A DNA stretch of 64,000 bases. It comes from an uncultured Verrucomicrobiae bacterium (lineage in GTDB: Bacteria > Verrucomicrobiota > Verrucomicrobiia > Limisphaerales > Palsa-1400). Positions within the stretch are counted from its first letter, which is position 1; every line of letters begins with the position of its first letter. Below the pieces are notes generated by a model. It had not been told where the DNA came from, did no database searches, and was given only the letters and a program-made list of their open reading frames with translations. The stretch lies in the NCBI GenBank assembly GCA_963764165.1, contig CAVXRD010000002.1, positions 608,001-672,000 on the forward strand, written 5' to 3'. A program made the position numbers and the translations under genes. Below are positions 27,860 through 37,605 of the stretch, in pieces.

Positions 27860-29572
27860 TCATAACTCGGTATCTCCGGTCGTCGCGCGGACAACTTCAT
27901 CCGCGGTAGTCAGGCCGGCCACGACTTTGCGGGCGCCGTCTTCGCGCAGCGTGCGCATCCCCATCTCACGGGCGCGCGCGCGCAAGACGGACGACGGCAC
28001 GCGGTCATAAATCAATTTGCGGGCCTCGTCGTCAATGACGAAAATCTCAAAAATGCCGAATCGTCCGCGGAAGGTGGTCTTGTTGCAATCATTGCAGCCC
28101 TTGCCACGCTTGAAATCGGCGCCGCTGATCTTTGTGGGATCAAGGCTGAGCGAAGCCAGTTCGGTTTCTGTGGGCTGATAAGGCGCCGCGCACTTTTTGC
28201 AAATTTTTCGCACCAACCGTTGCGCCATGAGGGCGCGCACAGACGAGGCCACCAGGAACGGCTTCACGCCAATGTCAATCAAACGCGTGACCGCTCCGGG
28301 CGCGTCGTTGGTGTGAAGGGTGGAGAACACCAAGTGACCGGTCAGCGACGCGTTAATGGCGATGGTCGCCGTTTCAACGTCACGAATTTCTCCCAGCATG
28401 ATGATGTTGGGCGCCTGGCGGAGCATCGAGCGCAACGCGGCCGAGAATGACAAGCCGATGGTTTCGCTGACCTGCACCTGGTTGATGCCAGCCAGCAGGT
28501 ATTCCACCGGGTCTTCCACGGTAATAATTTTGCGATCTGGTCGATTGATGAAATTTAGACAAGAGTAAAGCGTAGTCGTTTTGCCGGAGCCGGTCGGGCC
28601 GGTGACGAGCAAAATTCCATCCGGCAAACCGATGAGGCGCTCGAATGTCTGCTGGTCATCGGTGAAAAAGCCCAATTCCGGCAAGCCCAATTTCAAGCCT
28701 TCCTTGTCCAAAATACGCATGACGATGCTCTCGCCATGAATTGTCGGAAGGCAGGACACGCGAAGATCGATCAGTTTTCCGCCGACTTGCGTTTGAATGC
28801 GGCCGTCCTGAGGAATCCGCTTCTCGGCAATCGACATGTTCGATTGAATTTTCAGGCGGCTCAGGATGGCGGCTTGCAAACGCTTCGGCGGGCTCTTCAT
28901 TTCGTGCAGCACGCCGTCGATGCGGTAGCGGACCCGAAACGACTTCGACATGGGCTCGAGGTGAATGTCAGAGGCGCGGGCTTTGAAAGCTTCCACGATG
29001 AGTGTGTTGACGAGCTTGATGATGGGCGCGTCGGCTTCGACGGTGGAGTTGTCGTCGGACTCAACGTTCTTCTGTGGGAGGCCTATCTCAACTTCGCCTT
29101 CCGTGATGTCCTGAATCATCTGCGAGACGGAGTCATCGCCCGCGCCGTAATACTTGGCCAGCGCGTTTTCGATGTCCTCCTCGGTCGCGACGCGCAATTC
29201 AATGTCTGCGTTCAGCAACCGAGCCAGAGTGTCCACCACGTCGAGGTCAGAAGGATCGGCCAGGGCCACGGCGATCGAGTGATCGTGCTTCCCGACGGGC
29301 ACCGTGTGATAACGCTTGGCCACCGTTCGCGGGACAGCGGAAATAATGTCGTCCGTCAGGCGGATTTCACTGAGATTGACGTATTCGTAGCCGAAGTGTG
29401 CGGCTTTGGCGGTGGCGACATCGACCGGACGGATGGTTTTGTGGGCGAGAAGGGTATCGATGACACCTTCACCGTTCAGGCTGGTTTCTTCTCTTACGGC
29501 ATTGAGTTGGTCGTTGCTGACCAACCCCATGTCCGCCAATAAATCGACTAAATAATCGTCTTTTAGGGCCAC
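27860..29572 (-). CDS. pilB: Second PilB/GspE-family ATPase
   Basis: Same motif set as 25008..26714 ([44 protein letters not shown], two CxxC); GTG start. Confidence 0.92.
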   Translation of the reverse strand: MALKDDYLVDLLADMGLVSNDQLNAVREETSLNGEGVIDTLLAHKTIRPVDVATAKAAHFGYEYVNLSEIRLTDDIISAVPRTVAKRYHTVPVGKHDHSIAVALADPSDLDVVDTLARLLNADIELRVATEEDIENALAKYYGAGDDSVSQMIQDITEGEVEIGLPQKNVESDDNSTVEADAPIIKLVNTLIVEAFKARASDIHLEPMSKSFRVRYRIDGVLHEMKSPPKRLQAAILSRLKIQSNMSIAEKRIPQDGRIQTQVGGKLIDLRVSCLPTIHGESIVMRILDKEGLKLGLPELGFFTDDQQTFERLIGLPDGILLVTGPTGSGKTTTLYSCLNFINRPDRKIITVEDPVEYLLAGINQVQVSETIGLSFSAALRSMLRQAPNIIMLGEIRDVETATIAINASLTGHLVFSTLHTNDAPGAVTRLIDIGVKPFLVASSVRALMAQRLVRKICKKCAAPYQPTETELASLSLDPTKISGADFKRGKGCNDCNKTTFRGRFGIFEIFVIDDEARKLIYDRVPSSVLRARAREMGMRTLREDGARKVVAGLTTADEVVRATTGDTEL

Positions 29573-29829
29573 AATCTACGTCCTCTCGTTGCTTTCAGAA
29601 GCATCTAATCTACCGGCCCGCTCCGCGCAATGTCAAACGCAGACAACGAGAAAATGACCCGCAAAGAAGCAAAACAGGCTTCAACCAAGCAGGCCGCTTA
29701 TGACAGAGAGGCCGTTTGGGCAAAGATGGTTAAACGGAGTACCGGGCAGCGATCCCCACCTCACCTCGCGAGTGAACCGCTGCTCTCAATCCTTACTCCA
29801 AACAACCTCTCCGTCGTGTTCCTGTAACA

Positions 29830-29845
29830 AGCCATTTTCGTGCCA
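29830..29845 (-). promoter_or_regulatory. Putative sigma-54 promoter upstream of the pil operon
   Basis: Minus strand TGGCACGAAAATGGCT (GG-N10-GC), ~260 bp upstream of the first pilB. Confidence 0.45.
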
Positions 29846-30004
29846 TGAATTTCGCGTCCCGTCTGTCAAACTATTTTAAAAATGACCGGTGAACCCGATT
29901 CATTCGCGAACGAGTGAGGCGCTCAAAGGAAAACGCAAACGACGGCAGGGCGGGGCTGCCAATGGACCGTCCGGAGAAGCGCTCGGCGAGGGCGCCAAGC
30001 GCGA

Positions 30005-30065
30005 CACGCGAGGCGCGTGTGCTCCCCAGGCCTCTGAATCCGGGGAGCGCACGCGCCCCCGCGTG
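30005..30065. repeat. REP-like palindrome GGGGAGC(A/G)CACGCGCC
   Basis: CACGCGAGGCGCGTGTGCTCCCC pairs with GGGGAGCGCACGCGCCCCCGCGTG. Confidence 0.7.
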
Positions 30066-30134
30066 CAGCGGGACGAGCCTCGCGTGCCGCATTCCATCTT
30101 TGGTTCATTGGCACTTCCCACCCACTTGGTTAGT

Positions 30135-30191
30135 TGGGGCCTCCCGCCGAGCCATTCCCCAAAAGATGGCTCGGTGGAAGCTTCGCCTACC
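30135..30191. repeat. REP-like imperfect palindrome
   Basis: GGGCCTCCCGCCGAGCCAT pairs with ATGGCTCGGTGGAAGCTTCGCCTACC; related to the GTAGG(G/A)CGAGACTCCGTCGAGCC units. Confidence 0.55.
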
Positions 30192-30516
30192 AAAAATCGC
30201 ATTTGGTCAGGACCCGAAATGTTACATTTTGCGCTTCGATGAACTTCGGAATTTTGACCGAAATTGAAAATTTTTCGCGCAGTGTGCGTGATTCTCACGC
30301 AATCGAGAAATGGAGGCCTTATTAAAATTATCGGCCGGCCGCGCTTGGAAATCGTCTCAAAGGCAGAAAAATGGGGCGAAAACGGCGGAAAAAAGAAGCA
30401 GGGCTGCCGTGGGAGAGACGGATCGACGAACTTTTCTCAGAACGGGGTCCCCAAGCCACCTCCAGCTTTCCCCGTTCTAAAAAATTCTCCCAGACAGCCC
30501 TGCGCCTTGCAAAGAT

Positions 30517-30532
30517 AGCCAATCCCGTGCCA
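30517..30532 (-). promoter_or_regulatory. Second sigma-54-like motif, same orientation
   Basis: Minus strand TGGCACGGGATTGGCT (GG-N10-GC). Confidence 0.35.
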
Positions 30533-30652
30533 ACCTCTGGCAGAGCGAGACTCTGTCGAGCCATGATTGGATTTTTCGCTAATTCGAGGGGCTTCCTTTG
30601 AAGGGTAAAATCGATAACGGCCTGACCGCATCCTCCCTGCCACATGGGAAAA

Positions 30653-32212
30653 TTAAGGATGGGGGGCCATCGGAAGGGGCATCCCCGGTGGAGGAGCCGA
30701 ATTAATAGGGCCCGCATTCGCATTGCAAATCCAATCGGTAAATTTTACCAGCTCAAATGCGGTGAGGCCGATGGATGCCGACCGCGTGATCGTTAGTTCA
30801 TTAGGAGCGGTAAGTTTGATTTCAGTCACACTGCGCCCAGGAATGCCGCTGACCCGGTTCAGCCACGTTACCTCGTGCGCACTGGCCGTAGCATCCTCTT
30901 CGGTAGGGCCTTCCGCCCGGTTGGCAATCATCTTGTCGAGGATCACCCATTCCGCCAGGCGTTTGCCGGTCATCTCCCAATCGTAATAAACCAGGTTGGT
31001 GCTTCCCTCAACTTGGGCAACGAGTGCGTCTGGCACGGACGAGCTCACCGCGGGCATCGGAAAACCGGATGCGAGAAGGAACGGTTTGCCCTTGTCTTCT
31101 GTCGCGTAGAGAACCGGGGAAAAGATGCGCATCTTGGCCCATGCCAATCGTTCGCCACTCAGTTGCGTGGTTAATTCGCTGCCGTTGTATTGTTTCAGAA
31201 GTGGGTTAAGGATCGTCGGCCAATTCGTCCTAATGGACCGGATCGCATTCGTCGCGTCGGCGGCAGGCCAGGCCATGTAATCCACAAAAGGCATCTGCTC
31301 ACCGGCCCAAACATAAAACTGATTCGTCAACGGCGCATATGGCAACTGGCTGAATTCACGGCCCAGATTGAGAAACGCCTCCACATTCTGTCCGGCCACA
31401 AAGCTGACAACCTTGCCTCTTACCAGACTCGTCGGAACGTGCCAGGCAGCGGACTGCCATGCGGCTTGCTGTTGTTCCCGCACTTTGGCCGAAATTTCCA
31501 AGACGTCCTCGCCGATGGAAATATTGAGATTCGCCCGCGCCGGCTTCATTAGAGAAAACCAGCCGTCCAATCGCCCTGTGTCTGCCTCCATCTCCAGCCA
31601 GTGCTCCTTCAATTCTGGAAAAGGCCGGCCGCTTTCCTTGATTTTCGCGGCGTAGGCTGATTGTTTCTCGATCGAATCGGCGCCGAAACCGACGAGAATC
31701 CACTCGCCCGCGACCAGTGACCAAAACGAATCGCCCTTCGCCTTCCACTTTAGACCCGTGTAATCCTGAACCGAGAAAGACTCACCCGTGCCGCCAAAAA
31801 TCCTGGCGAACGCCTCCTGCCAAGCCCGTGATTTTTCAGGCGCCAGCCGAACCGCGAAGGCAAATGAGGCCGATTGAGTGGTTTCGCCGAAAACAAGTCC
31901 GGCCGATTCCGTTAGCAAAAGATCGCTGACGAGAGGCCGCAGCAGCGCGGCAGCCTCGCCGGGCTTCTCAATTGGCAAAAGCTCGCTCACATTGCCGGAA
32001 AGCCGAGTTAAAGCGAGGCTCTCGATGTTCGTCGCTGACGCGGCTGAAAGAGCTTTGTGCAAACTCGCGAGACGAGCGTCGGCCACCAGTTGCGGTGCCC
32101 CCGCGCAGTGGTATTGCAGGAATGCTTCCGCGCCATGCGCCGCGCAACCGGCGAGGAAGCAGGCGAAACCGCAAACCAACAGTCGAACTCGATAACGAAA
32201 AGGCATCGACAT
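30653..32212 (-). CDS. Hypothetical exported protein, possibly a lipoprotein
   Basis: 519-aa ORF with a basic then hydrophobic N-terminus containing LAGC (lipobox-like); no family recognised. Confidence 0.75.
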   Translation of the reverse strand: MSMPFRYRVRLLVCGFACFLAGCAAHGAEAFLQYHCAGAPQLVADARLASLHKALSAASATNIESLALTRLSGNVSELLPIEKPGEAAALLRPLVSDLLLTESAGLVFGETTQSASFAFAVRLAPEKSRAWQEAFARIFGGTGESFSVQDYTGLKWKAKGDSFWSLVAGEWILVGFGADSIEKQSAYAAKIKESGRPFPELKEHWLEMEADTGRLDGWFSLMKPARANLNISIGEDVLEISAKVREQQQAAWQSAAWHVPTSLVRGKVVSFVAGQNVEAFLNLGREFSQLPYAPLTNQFYVWAGEQMPFVDYMAWPAADATNAIRSIRTNWPTILNPLLKQYNGSELTTQLSGERLAWAKMRIFSPVLYATEDKGKPFLLASGFPMPAVSSSVPDALVAQVEGSTNLVYYDWEMTGKRLAEWVILDKMIANRAEGPTEEDATASAHEVTWLNRVSGIPGRSVTEIKLTAPNELTITRSASIGLTAFELVKFTDWICNANAGPINSAPPPGMPLPMAPHP

Positions 32213-32228
32213 CCCTATTGTCTACGAA

Positions 32229-33794
32229 TTGGAGCAGGCCAACGCAAACGAAATCCTTTCCTTCCCGGAAGCACCGGCTAGAATATTTGAAGTGGATCTT
32301 CAAAAGCGAATAGAAGAAGCCCGCGAGCTTCACAATCAGGATCGTTACCTGGAGGCCACCGCCGCCTACGAAAAGCTCGTGCAACTCTGCCCGCAATCGT
32401 CGCAGATTTGGTTTGAATATGGCAGCGCGGCGGGGAACGCGCGCCTATTTGACCTTTTTGATCGGGCGTGGAAAAAAGCCATGGAACTGGATCCACACGC
32501 GCACGTCATGCGGCTGCATATGGGGCATCAATACGCGCTGATGCGGATGCCAGACAAGGCTAAAGCCGCCTTTGAGGCCGCCGCGCAAATCGCCCCCGCG
32601 GCCATTGATCCCCAAATTGCGCTGGCGATGTTTTATGAGAGGAATCACCAGTTCTCCGAAGCGCGCGAGATTGTCGAACACGCGTTGACCAAGCATCCGC
32701 GCGATGACCAGGCGCTCTACTTTTCGGCGCTGTTGGATCGCAGGGAGAAAAAGCTCGTCGAGGCCGAGAGCGGGTTAAGAGACCTTCTGGCATCCGGTCC
32801 GCGGCACGAATTCGTGCAGTACGGCGTCCGCTACGAGTTGGCGGAAGTATTGAACGCCACCGAGCGCTATGACGAGGCGATGGAAATGTTGCGGCAAGCC
32901 AAGGAAATCCTGCAATCACTGGCCAACGTGAGTGCGATGTATTCGGAGTATGACGAATTTGCCAAGCGCTTCAAGTCATTCACGCGTGGTTTCCCGAGAA
33001 ATATATTGAAGACGTGGGCGCGCGAATTTCCCGAAAGATCGAGGGAATCCATTCCGCCGCTAGCCTTTCTCGGAGGGCATCCGCGCAGTGGAACCACCTT
33101 GCTGGAGCAAATCCTCGGGGCGCATCCGGATATTGCCGCAATCGATGAATCTCTTTCATTTGATTTCGTCGTCGCGCGGATGCATGAGCAATCCGGGCAA
33201 CTGCCGCCCTCCCGCTTGAATATCATGCGGAAGAAGTATTTTGAAGCGATCTTGATGGAGGCAGGATCCTATAGAAAAGGCCAGCTTGTTCTGGATAAGA
33301 ATCCTTCGCCCACGGTTCGCCTCCGCATCTGGCTGCGAGTGTTCCCGGAATTGCGGGTCATCATCGCGCTGCGCGATCCGCGGGACGTCATCATCAGTTG
33401 CTACTTTCAAAACATCGCCCTGAATGCTGTTAACGCGAATTTCCTGACGCTGGAGCGCGCGGCCAAACATTACTCGAATCTCATGGATGTTTGGCTGACC
33501 GTGCGCGAATGGGAAGGGCTTCGGGCAATCGAGACCCGTTATGAAGACGTCGTCGCCGATACGGCCAAAGAGGGTCGCAGGGTAACGGAGTTTCTCGGCC
33601 TGAATTGGCACGAAGACCAGGAGCGATTCTACGACAAGAGCAGCAAGAAACGGATTAATTCACCGACCTATCACGAGGCCAGCCAGCCCATCTACAAACG
33701 AGCAGTCGCCCGGTGGCCTCTTTACGAAAAACATCTGAAGCCAATACTTCCGATCTTGGAGCCGTATTGCAAAAAGCTGGGTTACGACACGTAG
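32229..33794 (+). CDS. TPR-repeat + sulfotransferase protein
   Basis: N-terminal helical TPR-like repeats; PAPS-binding motifs FLGGHPRSGTTLLEQIL, LDKNP, LRDPRDVIISCY, RYEDVV and SPTYHEASQPIYK. Confidence 0.9.
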   Translation: MEQANANEILSFPEAPARIFEVDLQKRIEEARELHNQDRYLEATAAYEKLVQLCPQSSQIWFEYGSAAGNARLFDLFDRAWKKAMELDPHAHVMRLHMGHQYALMRMPDKAKAAFEAAAQIAPAAIDPQIALAMFYERNHQFSEAREIVEHALTKHPRDDQALYFSALLDRREKKLVEAESGLRDLLASGPRHEFVQYGVRYELAEVLNATERYDEAMEMLRQAKEILQSLANVSAMYSEYDEFAKRFKSFTRGFPRNILKTWAREFPERSRESIPPLAFLGGHPRSGTTLLEQILGAHPDIAAIDESLSFDFVVARMHEQSGQLPPSRLNIMRKKYFEAILMEAGSYRKGQLVLDKNPSPTVRLRIWLRVFPELRVIIALRDPRDVIISCYFQNIALNAVNANFLTLERAAKHYSNLMDVWLTVREWEGLRAIETRYEDVVADTAKEGRRVTEFLGLNWHEDQERFYDKSSKKRINSPTYHEASQPIYKRAVARWPLYEKHLKPILPILEPYCKKLGYDT

Positions 33795-33812
33795 ACCTTA
33801 TTTTGGCGCTAC
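33697..33812 (+). repeat. 116-bp direct repeat, copy 1 (3' end of the sulfotransferase gene and convergent stop region)
   Basis: 74/79 identical to 36775-36853, then collinear through TAG-N6-TTTTGGCGCTAC. Confidence 0.9.
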
Positions 33813-36719
33813 ACCTGCGCTTTTTGCCGTCCGCTCAAGAACGCGCGACAAATAGGCTAGTTCGGCGGATTCCGGCTGCAGTTGCAGGCCACGCCGGACG
33901 AGGGCCTGGGCTTGGGCGATGTTTCCAAGGCGCAGGCTGATCTTGGCCGCCAAATCCGCATAATAGTCTGGCGACCAGTCAACATCTCCAGGGTGGTAGC
34001 CAGGCAATGCGTTCAGAACCTTGCTGACGGTTTCCACAGCGTTGGTTTGTTTCGCGGCATCTCCGGCGCGCAAATCAAATTCGGACATGACAACTTGTTG
34101 AGTCATCACATTGGTGGCATTGCTGGGCGGCCCGTAGATGGGAAAGTTCTGCGTCTTGCCGTGAAACGCGCAGGGCATGGCGCGATTCGCGCTGGCGATT
34201 TGCCGGGCGGCCGGGCCACCCGTGTATTGGGCGTAGCGATCACCCAAATCACGCATGATGTCTACATTGGCGGAGCCGTAGCCGCTCAGAAATACCAATT
34301 TCCAGACAGGCGGACCCAATTCGCCCAAGGCGTCGTTGGCTTCATTCGAGGCGAGATCCATCTGCCATGTGCGTTCGTCGAATCTAAAAAGTTGAAATAC
34401 GCCTCTGTTGTGCATGTGAATGAAAAACGAACGGGGCGCGGCGTATTCGAGGACGGGCGTTTCGTCCCCATGCATCGGTCCCGGAGTGGCGATCGCGAAG
34501 GCAGTGCGTTGGGAGGCAAGACGGCGCGCCAGGAGAGCTTCGGGCGATTGCAGTCCGATGGAGGCCAGGTCCTTTCGCAGGTTTTCCGACTCGAACGCCT
34601 TGGAAAACACCTTGGGGTTCGAAGCCCACCCGCGATCCGAGCCGAGCAGCACGATGTCCCCGTCGTCCACATCCCAAATTTCCATGACGGGAAAGACCGA
34701 GGCGAACGTGCGCAAAACAGTGCTGACAGTGTCGTCGTCCATTTCGTAGGTGTGGAACCATTGCGTCATGATTCCACCGGGCTTCAGGCGTTTGGCGGCC
34801 AATTGATAAAACTCCCTGGTGTAAACGCTGGCCACGCCGATCATCCACGGGTTGGACGGTTCCGAAATGATCACATCATATTGCTGCGAGCCGAGCTTCA
34901 GCGCCGTGCGGGCGTCCTCGTGATAAATGCGCGCGCGGCTGTTGGTGAGCACGCCGTGATTCCACGGATCGAAAATCCTGGCCGCGCGCAGCACGGGTTC
35001 GCAATTTTCCGCCACCGTTAAATGTTCAATGGGATATTGCAGCGTCGCCCCCGCCGTGGTGCCGCTGCCCATGCCGAAACAAAACACGTCCTTGCTCTCC
35101 GGCCGCGCCATCAGCGGCAGGTAAGCCAGCAGAAGCTGCGTGGCCGCATCGCCCCGCGACGACGCATCCACCTTGCCATCGATGCGCAAGCTGAATTCCT
35201 CCGTGCCTTTAACGCGTTCGACCGAGACCGTCGCATCAGGGGCGTCCTCGTAAAAATCCAAATGAACGGCATTCGTGCGGTTCAAAACGTGCGCTTGCCA
35301 AAGCTCCGGCACGTTCTCGCGGAACACGCCCGCGCTGATCACGTAGCGCCAATTATCGTCGCCGTGGAGCGAGGCGGCCGCCAGCACGCAGGCCGCGCCG
35401 GCAGCAAACATTGTGCTTATGGGGCGGCGTTTGGCCAGGGCCACCGCGATGGCGGCCAGCACCAAAATCCAGGCCAGCGCGAGGAAGGCGCTGCGCAGGC
35501 CGATGCCTGGCATGAGCAGGAAGCCTGTCAACAATGATCCACCCACCGCGCCCAGCGTGTTCCACGTCAGAAGGCGCCCCACGCGGTCGCCCAGCAGGTG
35601 GGAAGTTTCCGAAACGGTGCGAATCCACAGCGGCAGGACCGATCCCAGCGTCGCCGCCGGCAAACCCAGGACGCACAGCGCGATGATGCCATCAAGGATT
35701 TGGACATAGGCGTAGCCGACAGGATTGTAGTTCAACCCGTTGCGCGCCCAGAGAAAAATGGTGGCGAGATTTTCAAATTTATATACGACAATTCCGATAT
35801 AGACCGCCGCGCCGAGCAATAGAAAAATCGTCGGCCCCTCGCCGCGCAAGTGCTTGAAGCGAGGCGAAGCCACCAAACCGCTGCCAAAGCCGATGCCCAA
35901 AATGAAGGACATCAGCACCAGCGCGAAGGCTTGGAGCGACGCTCCAAAAACCAGGCAGAGCGAGCGCGTGGCCAGCACTTCCAAACCCATTGAAACCGCG
36001 CCGGTCAGCGCGACCATCACGCAGCCCCAGCGAAGAATCGAGGCCGCATTGGCGGGCGGTTCCGGCAAGGCCGGTTGTGGTTCGCCAGTTCGAACTTCGG
36101 TCGGGATCGCGGCGGGCTGCGTCCGATCCAGGGCGATGGCGATGGAGCCGACAATCACATTAACCACCGCGCTGCAATTCATCGTGCCTCGAAGCCCAAG
36201 CCATTCGATCAGCCAGAAGCCCGTCAACCCCGCGCCCATGACCGCGCCGAGGCTGTTGATCGAGTAAAATTGCGCGGAGTGGCGGCCGGCATCGGGGCCG
36301 TGCCGTTGCAGCCAGGCCGCCAGGATTGGCAGGGTGCCGCCCATCAAAATCGTCGGACCGAGCAGCAACGCCACGCTCAGAATGCCCTTGAGCAAAAGCA
36401 ACCAGGCCGGATGTTCCAGGAGACCGGTGCCTGCCGCTGTGAAAACTGCATCAGCCATTCGATACAGCAGCGAAAAAAGAAAGGCGAAGAGGCCGATGGC
36501 AATTTCGATGAATCCATAAATGGCCAGAGGGTGCCGGGCGGCATCCGCTTTGCGGCTGAACAATTTGTTGCCGAGCGCCAGTCCACCCATGAAAACCGCC
36601 AGCACGACCGTTTGCGCCTGAATAGTGCTGCCAAAGAGAAGTGCGAGATATTTGGACCAAATCACTTCATAGGCCAAGGCTGTCGCGCCGGAACAAAAGA
36701 ACAGCAACAAAATCAGCAT
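33798..36719 (-). CDS. Membrane protein: multi-TM (MFS-like) region fused to a spermidine-synthase-like SAM-dependent domain
   Basis: FFCSGATALAYEVIW, VLAVFMGGLALG, LMGGTLP, INSLGAV; then IDGKVDAS, FGMGSGTT, EDARTAL, YDVIISEPSNPW, YTREFY and LKPGG. ATG 36719 is the likely start. Confidence 0.9.
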   Translation of the reverse strand: MLILLLFFCSGATALAYEVIWSKYLALLFGSTIQAQTVVLAVFMGGLALGNKLFSRKADAARHPLAIYGFIEIAIGLFAFLFSLLYRMADAVFTAAGTGLLEHPAWLLLLKGILSVALLLGPTILMGGTLPILAAWLQRHGPDAGRHSAQFYSINSLGAVMGAGLTGFWLIEWLGLRGTMNCSAVVNVIVGSIAIALDRTQPAAIPTEVRTGEPQPALPEPPANAASILRWGCVMVALTGAVSMGLEVLATRSLCLVFGASLQAFALVLMSFILGIGFGSGLVASPRFKHLRGEGPTIFLLLGAAVYIGIVVYKFENLATIFLWARNGLNYNPVGYAYVQILDGIIALCVLGLPAATLGSVLPLWIRTVSETSHLLGDRVGRLLTWNTLGAVGGSLLTGFLLMPGIGLRSAFLALAWILVLAAIAVALAKRRPISTMFAAGAACVLAAASLHGDDNWRYVISAGVFRENVPELWQAHVLNRTNAVHLDFYEDAPDATVSVERVKGTEEFSLRIDGKVDASSRGDAATQLLLAYLPLMARPESKDVFCFGMGSGTTAGATLQYPIEHLTVAENCEPVLRAARIFDPWNHGVLTNSRARIYHEDARTALKLGSQQYDVIISEPSNPWMIGVASVYTREFYQLAAKRLKPGGIMTQWFHTYEMDDDTVSTVLRTFASVFPVMEIWDVDDGDIVLLGSDRGWASNPKVFSKAFESENLRKDLASIGLQSPEALLARRLASQRTAFAIATPGPMHGDETPVLEYAAPRSFFIHMHNRGVFQLFRFDERTWQMDLASNEANDALGELGPPVWKLVFLSGYGSANVDIMRDLGDRYAQYTGGPAARQIASANRAMPCAFHGKTQNFPIYGPPSNATNVMTQQVVMSEFDLRAGDAAKQTNAVETVSKVLNALPGYHPGDVDWSPDYYADLAAKISLRLGNIAQAQALVRRGLQLQPESAELAYLSRVLERTAKSAGVAPK

Positions 36720-36774
36720 GCCGTTAAAGGGCAGGAGAACGTGACGGAAAACAAGCCTGAAATCAATCGCGCTG

Positions 36775-36890
36775 AACGAGCAGTCGCCCGGGAGCCTCTT
36801 TGCGAAAAACATCTGAAGCCAATACTTCCGATCCTGGAGCGGTATTGCAAAAACTTGGCTGCGATTATCTAGCGGCTGTTTTGGCGCTAC
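36775..36890 (+). repeat. 116-bp direct repeat, copy 2 (non-coding relic of the sulfotransferase 3' end)
   Basis: Translates as RAVAREPLCEKHLKPILPILERYCK versus RAVARWPLYEKHLKPILPILEPYCK in the intact gene. Confidence 0.9.
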
Positions 36891-37540
36891 CGGCGGCGCA
36901 AGAAATAGCGAAGAAGCGTTACTCCCCCTGCGATTGCACTGAGAGCGAAGGTGTCAGGTTCAGGAACAGAATCCACCAGATCACCCAAGGCAGCCGAGGG
37001 CAAACTAGCTGGTGTCGAGGGTGGCCCGCTGGAGGATGGTCCGCCCAAGATTACATTCGCTGCTGAGGAATTCAGGATCGGCACGCCATCCGCGAGAGCC
37101 TGCGCATAGCTAGTTATAGCTCCACCCTCATTGTACCATAGGAATAATTGCACTGTGGCAATTGAACCTGCAACAGTGCCTGGTACTTCTGCATAAGCAG
37201 TCGAAGCCCATGTTCCGGGCACTGTATCGTTTATCCCGTTTGCCAGCGTGGCTGTAGCCCCAAGAGGCAGCAAGGACCAGCTTGGGACGTTCGCGCCAAC
37301 CGCGCCATAGAGTTCCACGGTCCAGTCATTCCCATTATGCACTTGAAGGCTGTAATTTGCGATCGTTGGAGTCGGTCCAACCGAGGTCCCTCCGAGAGAC
37401 ACGGTAGTATTTCCGGTGCGGTAATATGCGTAGATATACGGGCTGAGCACTCCGTAATTTGCCAAGCTCACCGTCCCTTGCGCATGCACTGCAAACGCAC
37501 CCGCAAGCAGCGTTAACATGCATGGAATCCGTGTTTTCAT
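36887..37540 (-). CDS. PEP-CTERM surface protein, array copy 5 (most distal)
   Basis: Signal peptide …AVHA-QG, family motifs SLANY, NGNDW, WYN-GG and ALADGVP; C-terminus VPEPDTFAL-TM-RRR. Confidence 0.88.
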   Translation of the reverse strand: MKTRIPCMLTLLAGAFAVHAQGTVSLANYGVLSPYIYAYYRTGNTTVSLGGTSVGPTPTIANYSLQVHNGNDWTVELYGAVGANVPSWSLLPLGATATLANGINDTVPGTWASTAYAEVPGTVAGSIATVQLFLWYNEGGAITSYAQALADGVPILNSSAANVILGGPSSSGPPSTPASLPSAALGDLVDSVPEPDTFALSAIAGGVTLLRYFLRRR

Positions 37541-37605
37541 AATGACGGCCTTTCGCGTCCCCCGCCAACGGGCGGAGACACTCCCCATAAAAGGCTACGT
37601 GTCCA

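Noticed and set aside
29630..30723. Short ORFs upstream of pilB
   Set aside because: Translated palindromic repeats on both strands; none resembles a pilin (no class III signal peptide).
33697..36890. Gene-3'-end duplication as a diversity-generating retroelement VR/TR pair
   Set aside because: Mismatches (TG/GA, A/G, T/C, C/G) are not adenine-specific on either strand, and no reverse transcriptase is present in the window.
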